DNA from: Octopus bimaculoides
Taxonomy: Eukaryota
Length of the DNA stretch: 39,727 nt
Direction of reading: 5' to 3'
NCBI RefSeq assembly: GCF_001194135.2
Contig: NC_068985.1
Coordinates: 77,669,392-77,709,118 of the forward strand
Positions 34,965 to 39,727 of the stretch are shown here, one piece after another. The stretch's first letter is position 1. Each line of letters starts with the position of its first letter. A model generated the notes under the pieces. That model did no database searches, was not told the DNA's origin, and worked only from the letters and a program-made list of their open reading frames with translations. The translations under genes and the position numbers were made by a program.

Positions 34965-35478
34965 TACGAGGGTGAGTCAAAAAGTAATGCCATTTTGTTT
35001 AGGACAGGTATAATTACCAACACAGGAACATGTATCATACATCAAAATGAAGCTGGTCCTCTGTGGATCACATCCTTATGTCTCAACATAGTCACCATTT
35101 CTCTAAACAGCAATGTTCCACCTTCGAATGAAAGCATGTATATCCCTGCCCTGTAAAATTCTGTTGACTGTTTTTTGAGCCACTTCTTCACTACAGTTTT
35201 CACTTCCTCATCCTTGGAATAATTTAGCACCTTCAGACTATCGTCTCTTCGGCCTCTATGAAAGAGAGTTTGAGCAGCAAACATTATTCCAGTGACGAGG
35301 AAGTGAAAACTGTAGTGAAGAAGTTGCTCAAAGAACAGTCAATAGAATTTTACGGGGCAGGAATACATGCTCTCATTCGAAGGTGGAACATTGTTATTGG
35401 GAGAAACGGTGACTATGTTGAGAAGTAGGGATGTGATCCACAGAGGACCAGCTTCTTTTTGATGTATGATACATGTTC
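34965..35478. mobile_element. Mariner-derived fold-back element
   Basis: Starts TACGAGGG; inverted arms of about 195 bp (35026-35223 / 35283-35478); the centre and right arm encode NLAPSDYRLF...YSSDEEVKTVVKKLLKEQSIEFYGAGIHALIRRWNIVIGRNGDYVEK* (mariner LAPSDY motif). Confidence 0.88.
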
Positions 35479-36004
35479 ACCAAAGTATGCAGCCAGTAAT
35501 GCAAGCAAATAAGCACTGGGTAAATCAAGCTTCTGTCACCAGACACCAGAGGAGAAAATTATATCACATTTCAGATCATGATGCAGGGAAGTTTAATTTT
35601 GGAGTGCATTTGTGTCACACTTGAAATTTCCATTCATAAGTGTTTTTGCAGTTGTTCAATTAAACTACCTGCTCATTGAAGAAGTATGAAAGCGGTTGTA
35701 TATTTCACTGACATGTATTTCCTTAATCTAATCGTCAATTGGAATTGCCAACACCATCTGTGACTGAACTGAAATTTTGAATTTACAGATACAGTCCATT
35801 TAGTCGGCTTTCACTCAGTCCTTGATATGCAATATTGCATCATTTTGAGGCTTTGGCTAAAGACACCTGCCCAAGGTGCCACTCTGGGGGATCAAACCCA
35901 GGATCCCATAATTGTGGAAAAAAACCTTCATAATCATTTGCCATACTGCCTCTACTATACATGTGTGTGTACATACACTTATGATTAGAATTAGCAGTTT
36001 AATA

Positions 36005-37081
36005 TCAGACCGGTACTTAACCTATTAATCTCAGTATGATACATTAATATGTCTTTACCTGTCATTCTTTCAGGGCCTATAAGTACTAGTTGAGAATACT
36101 TACGCCGATGAAAACAACTACCTCCGTCCCACAAAATTTCAAGTCTTGTGCCTAGTGCCTATAGTAAGGCAGCAAACTGGCAGAATCATTAGCACACTGA
36201 AAAAATGCTTTGTGGTATTTGTTTCCACTTTTTACATTCTGAGTTCAAATCCCTTTGAGGTCAACTTTGCTTTTACATCCTTTCGAGGTTGATCAAATAA
36301 TTACCAGCTAAGCACTGAAGTTAATGTCTCCTTAAAAATTACTAGCCTTATACCAAAATTTAAAGCCATTATTCTATTACACTGTTCGCAAATAGGGTTG
36401 AGCAAGAAGACTACACAGCAATAATTTGACTAACATTAATCATTTCCACATTAAGGTATCAAGCTAGCAGAATTGTTAGTACACCAGGCAAAATGCATGG
36501 CAGCATTTCGGTTGTCTTTATGTTCTGAGTTCAAATGCTGTCAGGGTTGACTTTGCCTTTCATCCTTTCGGTGTCAATAAAATAAGTACCAGTCGAATAC
36601 TGGGTTTGGTATAGTTGACTATTCCTCTCCCATGAAATTGCTGGCCTTCTGCCAAAATTTGAAAACATTATTATTATCATTTAAAGTTGGGCAGAAACAT
36701 TAGCATATCAGACAAAATGCTCAGTGGTATTTCTTCTGATTCATGATGTTCTGCATTCAAATTCCGCTAAGGTTGACTTTGCCTGTTATTTTTGGGATGA
36801 GGGATGTCAATAATGTCAGTATCAGCTGACCACTGGGCTTAATGTAATCTACTAATCCCTTCCCCATAAAAAACTACTGACCCTTTCCCATAATTTGAGA
36901 CTACTATCATCATCATCATCATCATCACCACCACCACCACCATTGTTATTATTAAGTTGGCAAGCTGACAGAATCAATAGCATTCTGGAGAAAAATGCAT
37001 CACAGCACAGCTTTACATTCTGTGTTGAAATGCCACCAAGGTTGACTTTGCCTTTCACCCTTTCATGACATCAATGTAATC

Positions 37082-37180
<99 letters not shown>

Positions 37181-37220
37181 TCTTCAGGCCTTGTGCCTAT
37201 TGTAAAAAGTTTATTATTAT
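36005..37220 (+). mobile_element. Head-to-tail cluster of about five family B SINE copies
   Basis: Recurrent heads at about 36170, 36460, 36690 and 36958, plus a partial copy at 36005-36160; each has AAAATGC...TTCAAAT...GACTTTGC...CCTT; the last copy carries (CT)n(CA)n inside. Confidence 0.75.
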
Positions 37221-38284
37221 TTCTACTACTACTGCAACTATTATTATTTGTTGTTGTATTACGTGCATATTTTATATGTTGGAGTAACTTCTGTCCTATA
37301 TCATGAGTTTACAATAAGTTATGTTTTCACTGACACACTGATAATGTGCCATACATTATCAGGCTTGCTCAACCCCTCTCCCCACACCATCTTCTGTACA
37401 GCCATGGTCACATGACTGACATGGTGACAATTAACAGTTGAAATTGGTGGACAATAAGTTGTGTGACACCAATTTCTAAACAAACCGGAACTGATAACTT
37501 CTTTTTTTTTTATAAATCCTGTTTGGTATAGCTATTAGGTAGTTATACTGAGAATTGGACAAAGACAAGTGGCCGATGTGATTTGAAATGCACCATTTTG
37601 ATATAAGCCTCGAATTCCTAGTATCTGATAAATGGCTTTTTACCCAGATTCTGCTATCAAGATTTATTTCTTGTTCTGACTAATGTAAGAACCATACACA
37701 CAAACTGTATATATATAGATCTACACACAAATACATCCATGCTTTTCAGTTTTGGAAACTTACTCTAAAATACCATAGAAACCATGATGATATTTTTCTG
37801 GCAGGATATGGAAATGGGTGTAAATCATCCATGTGAGAGAGAATTGAGAAAGTGTATGACACATTTGATTTTGACTGATATATCAAAGTGTAAAACCTGA
37901 AGGCTGTTTGTCCTTTCTTCAAGAATGATACTCCTAAGTACCACCAGTTTCATAACTTGGCTTCAGTTCAGTGAACTCTGTTAAATTTTACCTATGGCAT
38001 CTATGTTTTGTTTAAATATATACATTGAAGATTTTACTATACAATATGTTGAACCGAACTGCCCTAACCATTTTAAACAGTAAACCAAATGGTGAGTTTG
38101 ATTTGTACTCATCTTTTTTTTTCTTCTTCCATTTTTATTATTATTCATATTTCTTTAATTTATTTCTCTGTATACTCACACACACACACACACACACACA
38201 CACAATATGTGTATGAATATACATATGCATGTGTATGAATATACGTATGTATGTATATGCATATATGTGTGTAAATATGTATGT

Positions 38285-38495
38285 ATATGTACATGGGTGC
38301 TGAGACCAGTGCTATGTAAACATACCCTTGCCACAAAGACACCCAGTATACTCTGTAAAGTGGTTGGTGTTAGGAAGGTTATCCAGCCATAGAAACCATA
38401 CTGGAACAGACATGGAACCCTGGGCAGTTCTTCAGCTGGCCAGCTCCTGTCAAACTGTCCAACCCATATCAGCATGAAAAATGGACATTAAATGA
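38285..38495 (+). mobile_element. RTE 3' UTR-type fragment with tail
   Basis: CACCCAGTATACTCTGTAAAGTGGTTGGTGTTAGGAAGG...CAGCATGAAAAATGGACATTAAATGATGAT. Confidence 0.8.
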
Positions 38496-38691
38496 TGATA
38501 CATGTGTGTGTGTAAGACAAGGTGAGAGTGCTTGTGTAGAGCTGGAAAGAGACAACTGTATATTTTAGGTAAAGGTAAAGAGTGAATGTAGTATCCATAA
38601 CTCATTGATTGATCTGAAGCTACAACAGAAGACATCCAAGACACCACAGTAAGAAAGCAAATTCTGTATCTACACGGCCATGCCTTTCTCT

Positions 38692-38733
<42 letters not shown>

Positions 38734-38834
38734 TTGCATGTATTTATAAAGTTTGGAGCTTGTATCAGTCGCAATAATGATAGTTGAACAACAGAATTTA
38801 AACCAAGGACCTTGAGGTATGAATGATGAAATAA

Positions 38835-39020
38835 CAATCACCATCATCAAAATTTCCTTTTCTATGCTGGTATAGGTTGGATGGTTTGACAGGAGCTGAC
38901 AGTCCAGAGGACTGCACCAAGTTCTGTTGTCTGCTCTGGCATGGTTTCTGAAGCTGGATCCCCTTCCTATTGTCAACCATTTTACAGAGTGTACTGGGTG
39001 CTTTTTTCTGTGGCTCCAGC
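38835..39020 (-). mobile_element. RTE 3' UTR-type fragment
   Basis: CACCATCATC...CTATGCTGGTATAGGTTGGATGGTTTGAC...AGCTGGATCCCCTTCCTA...ACTGGGTGC. Confidence 0.7.
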
Positions 39021-39444
39021 GCAATATAAAGAAATAAATATTTCTACATATTACCTTTCAGTTGGTTTGACAGGAATAAATGGATTTATAATCCAACATA
39101 TTTACACACACACACACATATTCTGCTACCAATATCTTGTATTATTTCTGAACATTTTTTTCCAAAAGTATATCTATTAAAAACTTCTGTTCTCCATCTC
39201 TGCTCTCTTCATCTTTCATCTTGTTTAGGAAACATGTTTTATTCACAATTCACACAATCTTAATTACATTGTACAGACATTTTTAATCTAATTAAACCAC
39301 TAGATGCAGTCCGGAATTCAATTACCATCACCATCATCACTACCTTGTTACATCAGACACAAACACACAAGTATCACCACAACCACCTTTACCATACTAC
39401 ACTTTCCAATACTACCCTATACCTACCACCCTAACGTCTACCAA

Positions 39445-39516
39445 CAAACCATAACCATCAACATAACAAACCATAACCATCAGCATAAAAAACCATAACC
39501 ATCAACATAACAAACC
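39445..39516. repeat. 22-bp tandem repeat (3.3 copies) running into a gap
   Basis: CAAACCATAACCATCAACATAA at 39445, 39467 and 39489, and a partial copy at 39511. Confidence 0.85.
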
Positions 39517-39727
39517 NNNNNNNNNNTGTAGTGGGTGCTTTTACGTGCGACCAGCACAAGGGCCAGTCAGGCGGTACTGGTGGTTACAAGAACACAATCT
39601 CACAACTTGTGAAGTAAAAGCAGTGATGTCACTTGGCACACTGCCTCATAAAGGTCACTGCTAGCTCTCACTGCGCACACAATCATGTGCTGCCATCTGT
39701 TGGCATGCTATTGTGGGAACTTTTTGA

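Noticed and set aside
1-39727. CRISPR arrays, rRNA genes, prokaryotic or viral operons
   Set aside because: None seen; the sequence is intron-dominated eukaryotic DNA with no regularly interspaced repeats.

Overview
AT-rich, repeat-dense eukaryotic genomic DNA, inferred from its SINE/RTE/microsatellite content to be a coleoid cephalopod, most likely Octopus; there are five N-gaps. The window lies inside one + strand gene. Five GT-AG exons (3692-3873, 5761-5875, 9411-9605, 14874-14969, 18301-18476) splice in frame into about 254 codons encoding 2.5 fibronectin type III domains. The junction 'TDVSGPSAPNILNLT' matches my recollection of the Ptp99A-type receptor tyrosine phosphatase ectodomain. 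No further exon of this gene could be identified in the last 21 kb. The introns hold RTE LINE fragments, several tRNA-derived SINE families, a Helitron relic with an intact 3' end, mariner relics and MITEs, piggyBac-type MITEs and a degenerate Penelope-like RT with nested insertions. Two unrelated type I hammerhead ribozyme folds stand out. One lies in a ~345 bp, highly base-paired, ORF-less retrozyme-like element at 1-356. The other is present twice, head to head, in a ~400 bp spacer-less palindrome at 13755-14151. Everything was read by eye: exon, hairpin and TIR coordinates were counted base by base, while most repeat boundaries are approximate and family names come from motif recognition, not database searches.
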